Below are positions 8,545 to 19,100 of a stretch of DNA of 64,000 bases, piece after piece; the stretch's first letter is position 1; every line of letters begins with the position of its first letter. The DNA lies in the NCBI GenBank assembly GCA_045612185.1, contig JAZKYO010000100.1, positions 13,606 to 77,605 of the forward strand, read 5' to 3'. The position numbers and the translations under genes were made by a program. The notes under the pieces were generated by a model. That model was not told the DNA's origin. It searched no databases and worked only from the letters and a program-made list of their open reading frames with translations. This DNA is from Eubacteriales bacterium (GTDB lineage: Bacteria > Bacillota > Clostridia > Oscillospirales > CAG-272).

Positions 8545-9696
8545 TTGTCACAAAAGCCCAACAGCACAAAAGAACGCGTTTTGTTTATCGCCATCATAGT
8601 CGTAGCTGTACTGTTGATTTTAAGCATTTCACTTTTGATTGCCGTTAAAGTCAGAGATTCGTCTGACATTCCCGTGTCGTCCGACAACGTGATCGGTATT
8701 TCGGGAAAAGCTGACCTGCCCGTTGTCAGACTTGGAGACTTTTCTTTAAGCAATCAGTATTTCGATTCCTCTGCCACGGCTGTTTTTCTTACGTCCACAA
8801 ATGAAGATAAGCTGACTTTGTCTTGGTGGACGGGTTACGGCGCGAAAAAAAGTTTTACCGCGACAAATCTTATGCCGGGTGACGTTGTGTCGCAACAGTT
8901 TACCGTTACAGAAAAAAACAACCGCGCTCAAAGCATGCGTTTCGACATCAAAAACATTACCGAAAAAAGCAGCGTGTCTTCGGGAGCAAACGTTAAGCTT
9001 GCCGATATTCTCAACGTTACCGTTGCAGTCGGAGAAAAAGCCCTTTATAACGGACCTTTTTCTCAAGCTCAGGATATCCGTTGCGATCTTCTCCCCGGTG
9101 CGTCGCCTCAGTCGGTTACATACTCGATAACGGTAAGCATGCCCAAGTCGGCAGGTAACGAATACGCCTACAAATCACTTACCGCTGATTTTTCGTGGAC
9201 ACTTGAGGAGCTTCCCTATCCGTCGCCCGGAGAAAACTATTTCCCCGAATATGACGAAACGACGCATGTGCCCGATACCGAGCCGATAGCCCCCCCCGAT
9301 ACTGAGCCTATCGACCCGCCCGACACCGAGCCAATAGAGCCCCCCGATACCGAGCCTATCGATCCGCCCGATACCGAGCCAATTGAGCCCCCCGATACTG
9401 AGCCTATCGACCCGCCCGACACCGAGCCGATTGAGCCGCCGATAACAGTCGACGAACACGAGGACTGTTGCAGCTGTATCATCTGTCACGGACTTGCGGG
9501 GCTGTTCGGTATACACAACGAAACCTGCTTTACGTGTAATATAATCACAGCTATAAGCGGTTCGGAAGAATTTGTTTGTCTGTGTCCCATAGACTGTCTC
9601 TTTCTTCTCATTGTAGTAATTGCGCTTGCGGCAGTCGTTATCAGAATTCTCTGGGTAAAGAGAAAAGTTAAACAAATTACCAAAAATCAAGAATAA
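8545..9696 (+). CDS. TasA/CalY-like domain protein with acidic Pro-rich stalk, Cys-rich segment and C-terminal membrane anchor
   Basis: N-terminal hydrophobic segment, NLMPGD and AGNEY motifs shared with the neighbouring subunits, PDTEPI(D/E)P repeats, C-terminal TM plus basic tail; TTG start with GGAGG. Confidence 0.7.
   Translation: MSQKPNSTKERVLFIAIIVVAVLLILSISLLIAVKVRDSSDIPVSSDNVIGISGKADLPVVRLGDFSLSNQYFDSSATAVFLTSTNEDKLTLSWWTGYGAKKSFTATNLMPGDVVSQQFTVTEKNNRAQSMRFDIKNITEKSSVSSGANVKLADILNVTVAVGEKALYNGPFSQAQDIRCDLLPGASPQSVTYSITVSMPKSAGNEYAYKSLTADFSWTLEELPYPSPGENYFPEYDETTHVPDTEPIAPPDTEPIDPPDTEPIEPPDTEPIDPPDTEPIEPPDTEPIDPPDTEPIEPPITVDEHEDCCSCIICHGLAGLFGIHNETCFTCNIITAISGSEEFVCLCPIDCLFLLIVVIALAAVVIRILWVKRKVKQITKNQE
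9271..9438 (+). repeat. Coding tandem repeat, 7 x 24 bp (PDTEPI[A/D/E]P)
   Basis: Repeat units read directly in DNA and protein. Confidence 0.95.
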
Positions 9697-9708
9697 CTCA
9701 AAGGAGAA

Positions 9709-10257
9709 ATGTCAGTGAAAAATTTAAGCATATCGAAAAAGCTGGCAATCAGCGTAGTGCTTCTGACAGTACTGTCACTCTGCCTTTGCGTTACCACCTT
9801 TGCGTTAACCTATTCAATCGTCACGGTAGAAAACAACATATTTTCATCCGGATACGTCAGTATTAACCTCAACGACGGAAAGCCGATTATTGAAGAAGAC
9901 GAATTTATCTTTGAACCCGGTATGACCGTAAAGAAAGATTTCTTTATCAAAAACAACAGCTCGTGGAGCGTTTATTATAAACTTTACTTTGACAACGTTG
10001 ACGGAGAGCTTGCTGACAGCCTGCTCATATCCATATCTGATGGAGATAGAATCCTTTATTCGGGAACGGCGAAAACCCTTGACAAATCGGTGCTCGCCGC
10101 CGATGACGAGCTTGCTATAGGTGAAAAACGCGAGCTTACGGTAACCTTCCATTTCCCAAACAACTTGGGAGACAAATTGCAAAACCAAGAATTGACCTTT
10201 GACCTCTGCGCCGACGCGGTGCAAACCAAGAATAATACTGAAAAATTATTTAATTAG
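9709..10257 (+). CDS. Small TasA/CalY-like SipW-substrate protein
   Basis: Signal peptide ending TTFA; ENNIFSSG, FEPG, YKLYF and DAVQTKNN motifs typical of SipW-cluster proteins. Confidence 0.7.
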   Translation: MSVKNLSISKKLAISVVLLTVLSLCLCVTTFALTYSIVTVENNIFSSGYVSINLNDGKPIIEEDEFIFEPGMTVKKDFFIKNNSSWSVYYKLYFDNVDGELADSLLISISDGDRILYSGTAKTLDKSVLAADDELAIGEKRELTVTFHFPNNLGDKLQNQELTFDLCADAVQTKNNTEKLFN

Positions 10258-10265
10258 GAGTATTT

Positions 10266-10988
10266 ATGACAAAGGAAAACAACAAAAAAAGCGTTTGGAG
10301 TATCATAAAGACGGTTTTTGTATGGCTTATCGTAGCCATTACGGTGCTTATTATGATATTCACCATTATCTCGGTCACAACATTTGACCAGAACGACAGA
10401 AATCTGTTCGGATTTAAGTTCTTCATCGTACAAACAGACTCAATGGCAGCAACCGATTTTGATGCGGGTGACGTTATCATTTCAAAAAACGTTGACGTTA
10501 CAAGCCTTAAAGAAGGCGACATCATTACCTTTATCTCTCAAGACCCCACCAACTACGGCGAAACCGTAACCCATAAAATCCGTGAGGTTACAAGAGATAC
10601 AGACGGCACAATAGCCTTCGTTACATACGGTACTACAACTAACGTAAACGACGAAACACTCGCTACTATCGTAGTAGGTAAATACATAGGCAAAATTCCC
10701 AATCTGGGCGCGTTTTTTCTCTTTCTTAAAACAACACCCGGTTATATTCTTTGCGTTCTTGTTCCTTTCCTTATTCTTATATTGTTTCAAGGAATTAACG
10801 TTATTGTTCTGTTCCGCAAATACAAAAAAGAACAGCTTGACGAAATGAACGCGGAAAAAGAAAAGCTTGAGCAAGAGCGTGCAGAAAGCCAGCGTATGAT
10901 GGCGGAGCTTATGGAGCTGAGAGCTCAACTTGCAAAACAGGAAGGCGGCAACACCGATAAACCCGAGGAGCAACCGCCCCAAGAATAA
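10266..10988 (+). CDS. sipW: Signal peptidase I, SipW/S26B (ER-type)
   Basis: Catalytic Ser in QTDSM, GDII, His in VTHKI, N- and C-terminal TM segments; located among SipW-class substrates. Confidence 0.85.
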   Translation: MTKENNKKSVWSIIKTVFVWLIVAITVLIMIFTIISVTTFDQNDRNLFGFKFFIVQTDSMAATDFDAGDVIISKNVDVTSLKEGDIITFISQDPTNYGETVTHKIREVTRDTDGTIAFVTYGTTTNVNDETLATIVVGKYIGKIPNLGAFFLFLKTTPGYILCVLVPFLILILFQGINVIVLFRKYKKEQLDEMNAEKEKLEQERAESQRMMAELMELRAQLAKQEGGNTDKPEEQPPQE

Positions 10989-11027
10989 TTAGTTGTATTG
11001 CGGAAAATCCGCTTTGCATAAAGTTAG
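10989..11027 (+). promoter_or_regulatory. Conserved leader stem-loop, copy 1 (also at 13500-13538 and 14324-14363)
   Basis: TGTA-TT-GCGGA-AAA-TCCGC-TT-TGCA hairpin upstream of the RBS of three subunit genes. Confidence 0.6.
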
Positions 11028-11055
11028 CCACACCACAATAAAGGAGGAAAAGACA

Positions 11056-13401
11056 ATGACTAACAAGAAGACAACCAAGCGCGCGTTGCTCCTTAGCGTT
11101 GTAGCACTTTTGCTTTGCTTCACAATGCTTATGGGTACAACTTACGCATGGTTCACAGACTCTGTTACGAGCACAGGAAACAAGATCGTAGCAGGAACAC
11201 TTGACGTCAAGCTTTTGATGTACAACGCAAACACAGGAGATTATGAGGACATCTCCACAACAACCGATCCCGTTATCGGTGCTGCTATCTTTGGCGAGGG
11301 CACAACAGCAAACGCTGACACCGCAGCTACCCTTTGGGAGCCCGGCAAGACTCAGACTGTATACCTTGCTATCGAGAACGCAGGCTCGCTTGATCTCAAG
11401 TATCAGGTAGCTCTTGAAGTTAAGAACGTTGAGAAGAATCTCACAGACGTTGTTAGCTACGCGATCTCTCCCGATGCAAAGCCCGACTCACAGCCCGTCA
11501 ACGGTTGGGTTGGTAACGGCATTCAGGTTGGCATGGGTATCAACCCCACAGCTTCTCAGAACGTAGCTCTTGCAGCAGGTAACACTCACTACTTCGCACT
11601 CTCCGTACATATGGACGAGGATGCAGGCAATGACTACATGAACGGCTCTATCGAGTTCGACATCAAGGTACTTGCTACTCAGCTTAATGCAGAAAATGAC
11701 AGCTTTGGTCCCGATTATGACGAGGATTCCACATATTATATAGAGTCCGAGTCGGTAGACACCACACAGGAAGTAACTAACAACATTATGTTTACATCTC
11801 ACAGCTCTAACAATTCGGTTAAGCTTGCTGTAAGTAAGGAAATACTCAATAATCTTCCTGCTGAAGTTGAATCCGTAGTTTTCTCTCACTCCGATCCTAA
11901 AGTTGACGAAGTAAACAAGATTATCTCTTACAATCACTTCGAGCTTGAGGATCAGAACGGCGCGGCTATCGACCTTACAAGCAACACTACTCCCATCGTC
12001 GTAACACTTCCCGCACAGGACTTCTTCCCTGCCGGCGAGTACGTTACAGTTAAGCACGACGGTGAAATTATAGGCGTAGGTCTTGTAAACGACGACACAA
12101 CTATCACCTATGAGGCAGTTCACTTCTGCGAGGTAGAGATTAGTGAAGCTGACGCGGCTTTCATTGCCGTTATCGCAAGCAAGCCCTATAACACTCTTCA
12201 GGATGCTATCAACGACGCAAAAGACGGCGACGTTATCAACCTTATGAGAGGCAGAGTGTCCGAAATCAGCGAAACTCTAAACGTTACGACAAACGCCAAC
12301 ATCAACGGTAACGGAAACGTTATCAAGAGAGCCGATGGTGCTGAAAATATAGTTATGTTTAGCGTAAACGACGGAAAGACACTTACTCTTTCCAACATCA
12401 CCCTTGACGGTGGCGCAGTTTGGACAGGTGAAATAAACCCCCACCTTCTTCGCGGAACTGAAAACAGCGGTAAAACAACAGGCGGTTATTTGATTTCTAC
12501 AGCCAAAGGCCATATCGTACTTGAAGAAGGTGCAATTCTTCAGAACAATGACGGTGCAAACGCAGTTTTCCCCGGAACTCGTACCGGTGGCACGCTCACA
12601 ATTAACGGCGGCGAGATTATCAACAATCATTCCGCTGCAGGTGCAATTTGGGGCGGTGGTGCTATCACTCTCAACTCCGGTAAAATAAACGGAAATCACG
12701 GCGGTATCGGCGGTGCTATCCGCGTAGTTACAAACATAGGCACAGTTCTTACTATGAACGGCGGTGAGATGAACCATAATATGTCTGATGCCGTCGGCGG
12801 CGCTATCTGGGCCGGTTCCAGCAGAAGCACCAACGTATACGTTCTCAACGGCGGTGAAATGGCTTACAACTATTCCGCATCAACAGGCGGTGCTATCTAC
12901 GCAGGCTACTACGAAACAGTTAAGATTGGCGGAGATTTCAAGATGCACGATAACAGCTGTTCGGCAAATATCGGCGCTGAAATCAGATTCCACGATCACG
13001 CAAGCCTTATTATGACGGGCGGTGAGGTTTCCAACGAGGCAGATAACGCATTCTACCTCAACAACAACTCCGCATCTATAACGGGCGGTAAGTACGTTGG
13101 TAACCTCGGTTACTCCGGCGGTCTTGGTCTTACCATCGGTGAGGCTGACATTGAAGGTGTTATCGCGTACGATCTTGCCACTAACCACAATACAGCAAAC
13201 CTTGCTACAAGCTTTAACAGCTTCAAGTTTACAGTTAACGAAAGCGCGGCTAACTTCGCACAGTTCAACTTCAAACCCGCCGCAGGTTACGTATACACCG
13301 AAGGCGACGAAGCTAAGCTTGTTTGCATGAACGAGGGTTACGAAACCTATTGGGATGCAGCGGCAGGAGTGTTCAAGCTTCAGACAGTTGCTGAAAACTA
13401 A
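11056..13401 (+). CDS. SipW-dependent TasA/CalY-type subunit with C-terminal beta-helix adhesin-like region
   Basis: SipW-class signal TTYAWFTDS, LWEPG, AGNDY, ATQ; GGAI-repeat beta-helix; AAGGAGG RBS places the start at 11056. Confidence 0.82.
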   Translation: MTNKKTTKRALLLSVVALLLCFTMLMGTTYAWFTDSVTSTGNKIVAGTLDVKLLMYNANTGDYEDISTTTDPVIGAAIFGEGTTANADTAATLWEPGKTQTVYLAIENAGSLDLKYQVALEVKNVEKNLTDVVSYAISPDAKPDSQPVNGWVGNGIQVGMGINPTASQNVALAAGNTHYFALSVHMDEDAGNDYMNGSIEFDIKVLATQLNAENDSFGPDYDEDSTYYIESESVDTTQEVTNNIMFTSHSSNNSVKLAVSKEILNNLPAEVESVVFSHSDPKVDEVNKIISYNHFELEDQNGAAIDLTSNTTPIVVTLPAQDFFPAGEYVTVKHDGEIIGVGLVNDDTTITYEAVHFCEVEISEADAAFIAVIASKPYNTLQDAINDAKDGDVINLMRGRVSEISETLNVTTNANINGNGNVIKRADGAENIVMFSVNDGKTLTLSNITLDGGAVWTGEINPHLLRGTENSGKTTGGYLISTAKGHIVLEEGAILQNNDGANAVFPGTRTGGTLTINGGEIINNHSAAGAIWGGGAITLNSGKINGNHGGIGGAIRVVTNIGTVLTMNGGEMNHNMSDAVGGAIWAGSSRSTNVYVLNGGEMAYNYSASTGGAIYAGYYETVKIGGDFKMHDNSCSANIGAEIRFHDHASLIMTGGEVSNEADNAFYLNNNSASITGGKYVGNLGYSGGLGLTIGEADIEGVIAYDLATNHNTANLATSFNSFKFTVNESAANFAQFNFKPAAGYVYTEGDEAKLVCMNEGYETYWDAAAGVFKLQTVAEN

Positions 13402-13417
13402 TTCATTTTAATATGTC

Positions 13418-13484
13418 CCCAAGCCCCCGGGGCTTGGGCGGCAATCAAAGGGCATAAGCAAGCTCTTATGCTTTTTGATTGCTG
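13418..13484 (+). repeat. Intergenic double stem-loop, copy A (copy B at 16078-16146; degenerate copy near 21506-21565)
   Basis: CCCAAGCCC...GGGCTTGGG then CGGCAATCAAAGGGCATAAG...CTTATGCTTTTTGATTGCTG. Confidence 0.8.
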
Positions 13485-13572
13485 AATGCAAATTACATCG
13501 TTGTACTGCGGAAAATCCGCCTTACATATAAGTTAGTCTACCAAAAAAATTAAAAACATAAGGAGGAAGAAA

Positions 13573-14274
13573 ATGACTAACACAATTTCAACCAAACGCA
13601 CACTTCTTTTTAGTGTAGTGGCTCTGTTCCTTTGCTTTGCTATGCTTCTCGGAACAACCTTTGCGTGGTTCACAGACTCTGTTACGAGCACAGGAAACAA
13701 GATCGTAGCAGGTAACCTCGATGTACAACTTTTGATGTACAACGCAAACACAGGAGATTATGAGGACATCTCCACAGCCACCGATCCCGTAATCGGAGCA
13801 GCTATCTTTGGCACAGGCGAAACAGCTAACGCTGATACTGCCGCTACCCTTTGGGAGCCCGGTAAGACTCAGACTGTTTACCTTGCTATCAAGAACAACG
13901 GTAACCTTGACCTTAAATATCAGGTTATTCTTGTGGTTGCTGACATTGTCAACAGCCTTACAGACGTTGTTAAGTACTCTATCACCCCCGACGCTACCCC
14001 CAACAATCCTGTAAGCCCTTGGAATACAGGTTTCACAGTTAATTCCGGTGCTAATATTGTCAGTGATCCCGCCGACGTTAGCCTTGAAAAGGACGCTATC
14101 CATTACTTTGCTCTCTCGGTTCATATGGACGAGACAGCCGGTAATGAGTACAAGAACGGTTCTATCACTTTTGATATCAACGTACTTGCTACTCAGCTCA
14201 ACTCCGAGCTTGACAGCTTTGATCCCGACTACGACAAGGACGCTGAAAACGTACTTGATACCACCACTCCCTAA
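13573..14274 (+). CDS. SipW-dependent TasA/CalY-type subunit, pilin domain only (likely major subunit)
   Basis: TTFAWFTDS signal motif, LWEPG, AGNEY, ATQ; 233 aa with no passenger domain. Confidence 0.82.
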   Translation: MTNTISTKRTLLFSVVALFLCFAMLLGTTFAWFTDSVTSTGNKIVAGNLDVQLLMYNANTGDYEDISTATDPVIGAAIFGTGETANADTAATLWEPGKTQTVYLAIKNNGNLDLKYQVILVVADIVNSLTDVVKYSITPDATPNNPVSPWNTGFTVNSGANIVSDPADVSLEKDAIHYFALSVHMDETAGNEYKNGSITFDINVLATQLNSELDSFDPDYDKDAENVLDTTTP

Positions 14275-14395
14275 GCAAGAAAAGTTTAGGGCTTAACTGC
14301 TCTACTCTTTTTTAACACTCTATTTAGTTGTATTGCGGGAAATCCGCTTTGCATAAGTTAGTCCATCAAAAATTTTATTTAAGGAGGAAAAGACA

Positions 14396-16063
14396 ATGAC
14401 TAACAAGAAGACAACCAAGCGCGCGTTGCTCCTTAGCGTTGTAGCACTTTTGCTTTGCTTCACAATGCTTATGGGTACAACCTACGCATGGTTCACAGAC
14501 TCTGTTACGAGCACTGGAAACAAGATCGTAGCAGGTGAGCTTGACGTTCAGCTTTTGATGCATGACGGCACAAACTATGTTGACATCTCCAACGTTAACG
14601 ATCCCATAATCGGTGCCGCTATCTTTGGCGAGGGCACAACAGCAAACGCTAACACCGCAGCTACCCTTTGGGAGCCCGGCAAGACCCAGACTGTATATCT
14701 TTCTATCAAGAATGCAGGCACACTTGACCTCAAGTACATGGTTGCTATCGAGGTTACCGATGTAACCAATAACCTTACAGAGGTTATGCAGTACGCTATC
14801 ACTCCCGATGCTAAACCCGACAACGGTCTCGTTACAGGTTGGGTTGCGGACGCAGGCAAGTACGTTGTTAAAGGCACTAACCCCACAGATGCTGTAAACG
14901 TTGTTCTTGGCAAGGGCGCTGAGCACTTCTTCGCTCTTTCCGTTCACATGGACGAGGATGCAGGCAATGACTACATGAACGGTTCTATCACATTCGACAT
15001 CAAGGTACTTGCTACTCAGCTTAACTCTGAGGAAGACAGCTTTGGTAAGGACTACGACAAGAATGCCGTATATCCTCAGGGTACAGCAGTTATCGCTGCC
15101 CAGACTATTACCGGAACAGCTGTTGCAGGCGAAACAGCAAACCTCACTAACGCAGACGGAACATTCACAGTAGAAGCAACTGCAGGTGCAACCGGTGAAG
15201 TTAAGGCTACCATTGCTCCCATAAGCGCAACAAATGAAGCTTTCACCGCTGCAGGTTCAACCGGCAAGAGCCTTGTTTCCTATGACGTTGAGGTTACAGG
15301 TCATGAAGACGGTACTCCCGTTACCTTCAGCTTCTTTGTAGGTGAAGATCTTGCAGATGTAGTAATCTTCCACAAGGGTGCTCCTATGACAGATGGCACA
15401 TACTCTTACTCTGCAAGCACAGGTTACGTAACAGTTACCACAAGTGACTTCTCCCCCTTTGAGGCAGCTTTCTACTATGCTGGCGATCTTCCCGTTGCAA
15501 AGGTTTCGTCCTTGACCGACATTCCCGAGGAACTTGAAGTTGGTTATCTCTTCGAAGCAACCGAAGAGATCCCCGAGCCCGAAGGCGAGAATGGCGAATT
15601 CACCGATGAGCAGATCGAAGCTTTCCTTGAAAAAGTTGCTCCCTACGGTCTCTGGCACGCTGACTTCGTTGTTTCCTTTGATAAGGACGTAGCTGAGGGC
15701 GCTGTTGTTCTCGGCGGTCAGTACGATGAATGGAGCGAGACCTGGGTATGCTTCAACACCTACAGAGACATCAAAGCAGGTGAGCGTCTCCGTTTGCTCG
15801 GTCAGGCTTATGCAGAATTGACTAACAACGAAAACAACAAAATCTACATGAATTACGCTGAGCTTTGCGGCTTTGTTCGTGAATTCAGCTGCGGCGTTGG
15901 TGCTAACGATGAAAGCGTAAGCGGTACAACTGTTACCGTCGAGCTTCGTCTTTACGAGACATATTCTGAGGAAGAGTGTCTTGAAAAGTTCGGTTATTCT
16001 TCTATAAACGAAGAAACAGGCAAATCTGTAGTAATCGCTACATACAACTACACATTCAAGTAA
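14396..16063 (+). CDS. SipW-dependent TasA/CalY-type subunit with C-terminal passenger domains
   Basis: TTYAWFTDS; N-terminal ~220 aa very similar to the 11056 gene, C-terminus unrelated. Confidence 0.82.
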   Translation: MTNKKTTKRALLLSVVALLLCFTMLMGTTYAWFTDSVTSTGNKIVAGELDVQLLMHDGTNYVDISNVNDPIIGAAIFGEGTTANANTAATLWEPGKTQTVYLSIKNAGTLDLKYMVAIEVTDVTNNLTEVMQYAITPDAKPDNGLVTGWVADAGKYVVKGTNPTDAVNVVLGKGAEHFFALSVHMDEDAGNDYMNGSITFDIKVLATQLNSEEDSFGKDYDKNAVYPQGTAVIAAQTITGTAVAGETANLTNADGTFTVEATAGATGEVKATIAPISATNEAFTAAGSTGKSLVSYDVEVTGHEDGTPVTFSFFVGEDLADVVIFHKGAPMTDGTYSYSASTGYVTVTTSDFSPFEAAFYYAGDLPVAKVSSLTDIPEELEVGYLFEATEEIPEPEGENGEFTDEQIEAFLEKVAPYGLWHADFVVSFDKDVAEGAVVLGGQYDEWSETWVCFNTYRDIKAGERLRLLGQAYAELTNNENNKIYMNYAELCGFVREFSCGVGANDESVSGTTVTVELRLYETYSEEECLEKFGYSSINEETGKSVVIATYNYTFK

Positions 16064-16174
16064 TATCTCAAAGCCTACCCAAGCCCCTCGGGGCTTGGGC
16101 GGCAATCAAAGGGCATAAGATTTACACTTATACCTTTTGATTACCGTTAAAATTAATTTTAAAAGGAGATAAAA

Positions 16175-19100
16175 ATGAAAAACACACGCAAGTCATTGTT
16201 TTGCAGCATAATTGCTCTCTTGCTCTGCTTTTCCATGCTTCTCGGTACAACCTACGCTTGGTTTACCGACTCGGTAACCAGTGTAAACAACATTATCAAG
16301 GCAGGTAACCTTGATATCGCTATGTACTGGAACGAGGACCTTACGGGCAGCTGGAAAAACATTGAAAACGAAAACAAGCTTTTCGACTATGACAAATGGG
16401 AACCCGGCTACACCGAGGTAAGATACGTAAAAATCGTTAACGAAGGCAATCTTGCTTTCAGATACGCAATGAGCGTTCTTCCTTTGGGTGAGGTAGGAAT
16501 ACTTGCCAATGTAATCGACGTTTACTACGTTGAAAATCCCACAGCTCCCATAGGCGACAGAACACAGCTGACCGCTCCCGTTGGCACACTTGCTCAGGTT
16601 ATCGCGGGTGAGTTTGTCACAAGTGGAAAAATGGAGAACAAGGGCGACGAGCTTATCGTCGGTATCGCTCTCAAAATGCGCGAGGATGCGGGCAACGAGT
16701 ATCAGGGCAAGTCTGTTGGAGACGCTTTCTCCATTCAGATCGTAGCAACACAGCTTGCGCACGAAAACGACTCCTTTGACAATACGTATGACGAAAACGC
16801 AACCTTCCCCGATGCTCCCGTAAACGAGGGCGTAACGGCTCCCGTTGAAAACGAGAACGGATTGGCTAAGAACGACGTTGCGCTTAACGGCACGAACGCT
16901 TCCGCAACCGTTCCCGCAGGCACCAAGCTTGAGGATGGCGCGTCAAAGCTCACACTTACAGTTACCGAGCTTAACGAAAGCGGCGCAAATATCGCGCTGG
17001 GTGAAAACGATGAGACAAAGTCTCTCGACGTCCATATCGACGGCGTTGCGGCTACAAACGACAAGCCTATAGTTATATCTCTCGGAGCTATTGCTCCCAT
17101 AGGACAGAACAGCGGCAACTTCAAGCTCTATCACGTAGAAAACGGTCAGAGCAACCAAATGACTGCTGTTGCAAGCGTTGCGGAGCTTGTAGCTCACAAC
17201 CAATTCTACTATGACCCCGCAACGGGCGAAGTAACAGTTGCTATGGCAACTTTCTCCGAGGTCGCTCTCGTGGCTGACACCGTAAACGCTTGGGAAGGCG
17301 TAGTTGCGACCGCTTTCGCGCGCGGTACAGGTACTGAAGACGACCCCTACATTATCGCAAACGCTGACCAGTTCGTATATTTAGGCGATCTTATTTCCAA
17401 CTATAATGAGAATTATGGAGACAAATACTACAAGCTCGTTGCCGACATAAACCTCGGCGGTGAGGAAAACGCAAACGAGGGACACATTTTCTATCCCATA
17501 GGTTATCACAAGGTAGGCGGTGAAATCGCGCCTGCAGACCTTGATGACGCTCCCGTTTTCGATTATTTTGATGACGCGGGCGAGGATTATGCGGTTTCTC
17601 ACGTCAGCGCAATAGCTGATAATGGTACAACTTGGTACACCTACGGCGGTGCTTTTCAAGGCACTTTTGACGGAAACGGACACACCATTTCCAACATCTA
17701 TCAGAACACCTGGCAATTGAAGGGTAACTACAGCGGTAATTACTGGAACGCCGCAATGGGTCTGTTCGGCTACGTAAACGGCGGTACTGTAAAGAACCTT
17801 ACGGTTGACAACTTCTCTTCCGACGGCGAGTTTACCCCCACGGGCGTTATCGCGGCTTACGCGGTTAACTCCACCTTTGAAAATATTGCTATCACAAACT
17901 GCAATCCCCGCGTTTACAACACGGGTAACGGCGGTATCGTAGGTATCGGCGGTAATTCAAGTGACCCCGACACTTATGCGCTCACGTTCACCAATATCAC
18001 TATAGACAACACCAACAAGATTTCGGCTCTTTGGGGCTCTTGGGACGTTGCCTGCGGCGGTCTTGTAGGTATGTTCCGCGGTGCGGGTCAAGTATACATG
18101 ACCAACTGCCACGTTGCGGCGCAGATCGACGTTTTCAACGACGTTTGCGGTAACTATCAGTATTATTGGTACCGCTACTCGGGCATGATGATCGGTACAA
18201 ATAAGAACATGATTACCGACACAAACGGTTACACCGTTCCCGAAACAAGCAAGTTCCACGCCGAGAACTGCACGGTTCACTTTGGCGATTGGAACGACTA
18301 CTACTACTGCGAGCTTGTAGCCAACTCTCTCGCATCCTATACTCACGACCACCAGTTCAGCCGTTTGACACAGATTCAGAACGTTTCCGAAATTCAGGAC
18401 GCAAACGGCAATTGGATAACGACCGGCAACTACATTTTGATGAACGGCAAGACTCCTACAGAGACCTGCTACCACATAGTAAACCAAAACGGAACGCTTA
18501 CACAGCATCTTCACACCGACGCGGGTGAGGAGACAGTAAACGGTGAAACTGTTCTTAAGGAAAATAATCAGCGCGTTTACCTTCCCTTTAACCAGCTCTT
18601 CACGGGCTACGGCTGGGGCGTAAAGCACATTCCCGTATATAACGGCGAGGACTACGCGTTTGATGGAATTACCATTCTTGACCGCGAAGTGGCTGATTCT
18701 GTTAAGAAGTTTGAAACCAAGTTTACAGGTGACTTCCTCTACCGTATAGGTAATCAGAATACAGTTTCTCTCGGTTCACTCTTTAAGGAAATAGACAATG
18801 TCAAACCTTCTGTGACAGATTCCGGCGTTTGGGTAACTGTCGAAGCAATTGACGAAAACTCCAACGTCAGCGGTGTATTCACAAAGGATACCGATACTTG
18901 GACTAACGGCACACTCAAATTCAGCGGCACAGGCGTTGTAAAGGTAACTATTCAGGACTATAACTACTGCAAGCCTACCGTTCTCTACCTTGAAGTTGTT
19001 GATGCAACCAACTTGACTTCCGCAACCGGAACAATAACCGGCGGTACGTTCGTATTGCTTTGTGATGTTAATACTTCAACTTATGTAAACTATTGGGACT

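Noticed and set aside
9271-9438. CRISPR-like periodicity (also at 22194-22382)
   Set aside because: These are in-frame coding tandem repeats with synonymous variation, no unique spacers and no cas genes
10989-11027. c-di-GMP riboswitch upstream of pilin genes
   Set aside because: Only one short hairpin, lacking the two-stem tetraloop/receptor architecture
11041-14535. Diversity-generating retroelement template/variable repeat pair
   Set aside because: No reverse transcriptase, the repeats cover signal-peptide regions, and the mismatches are not adenine-specific
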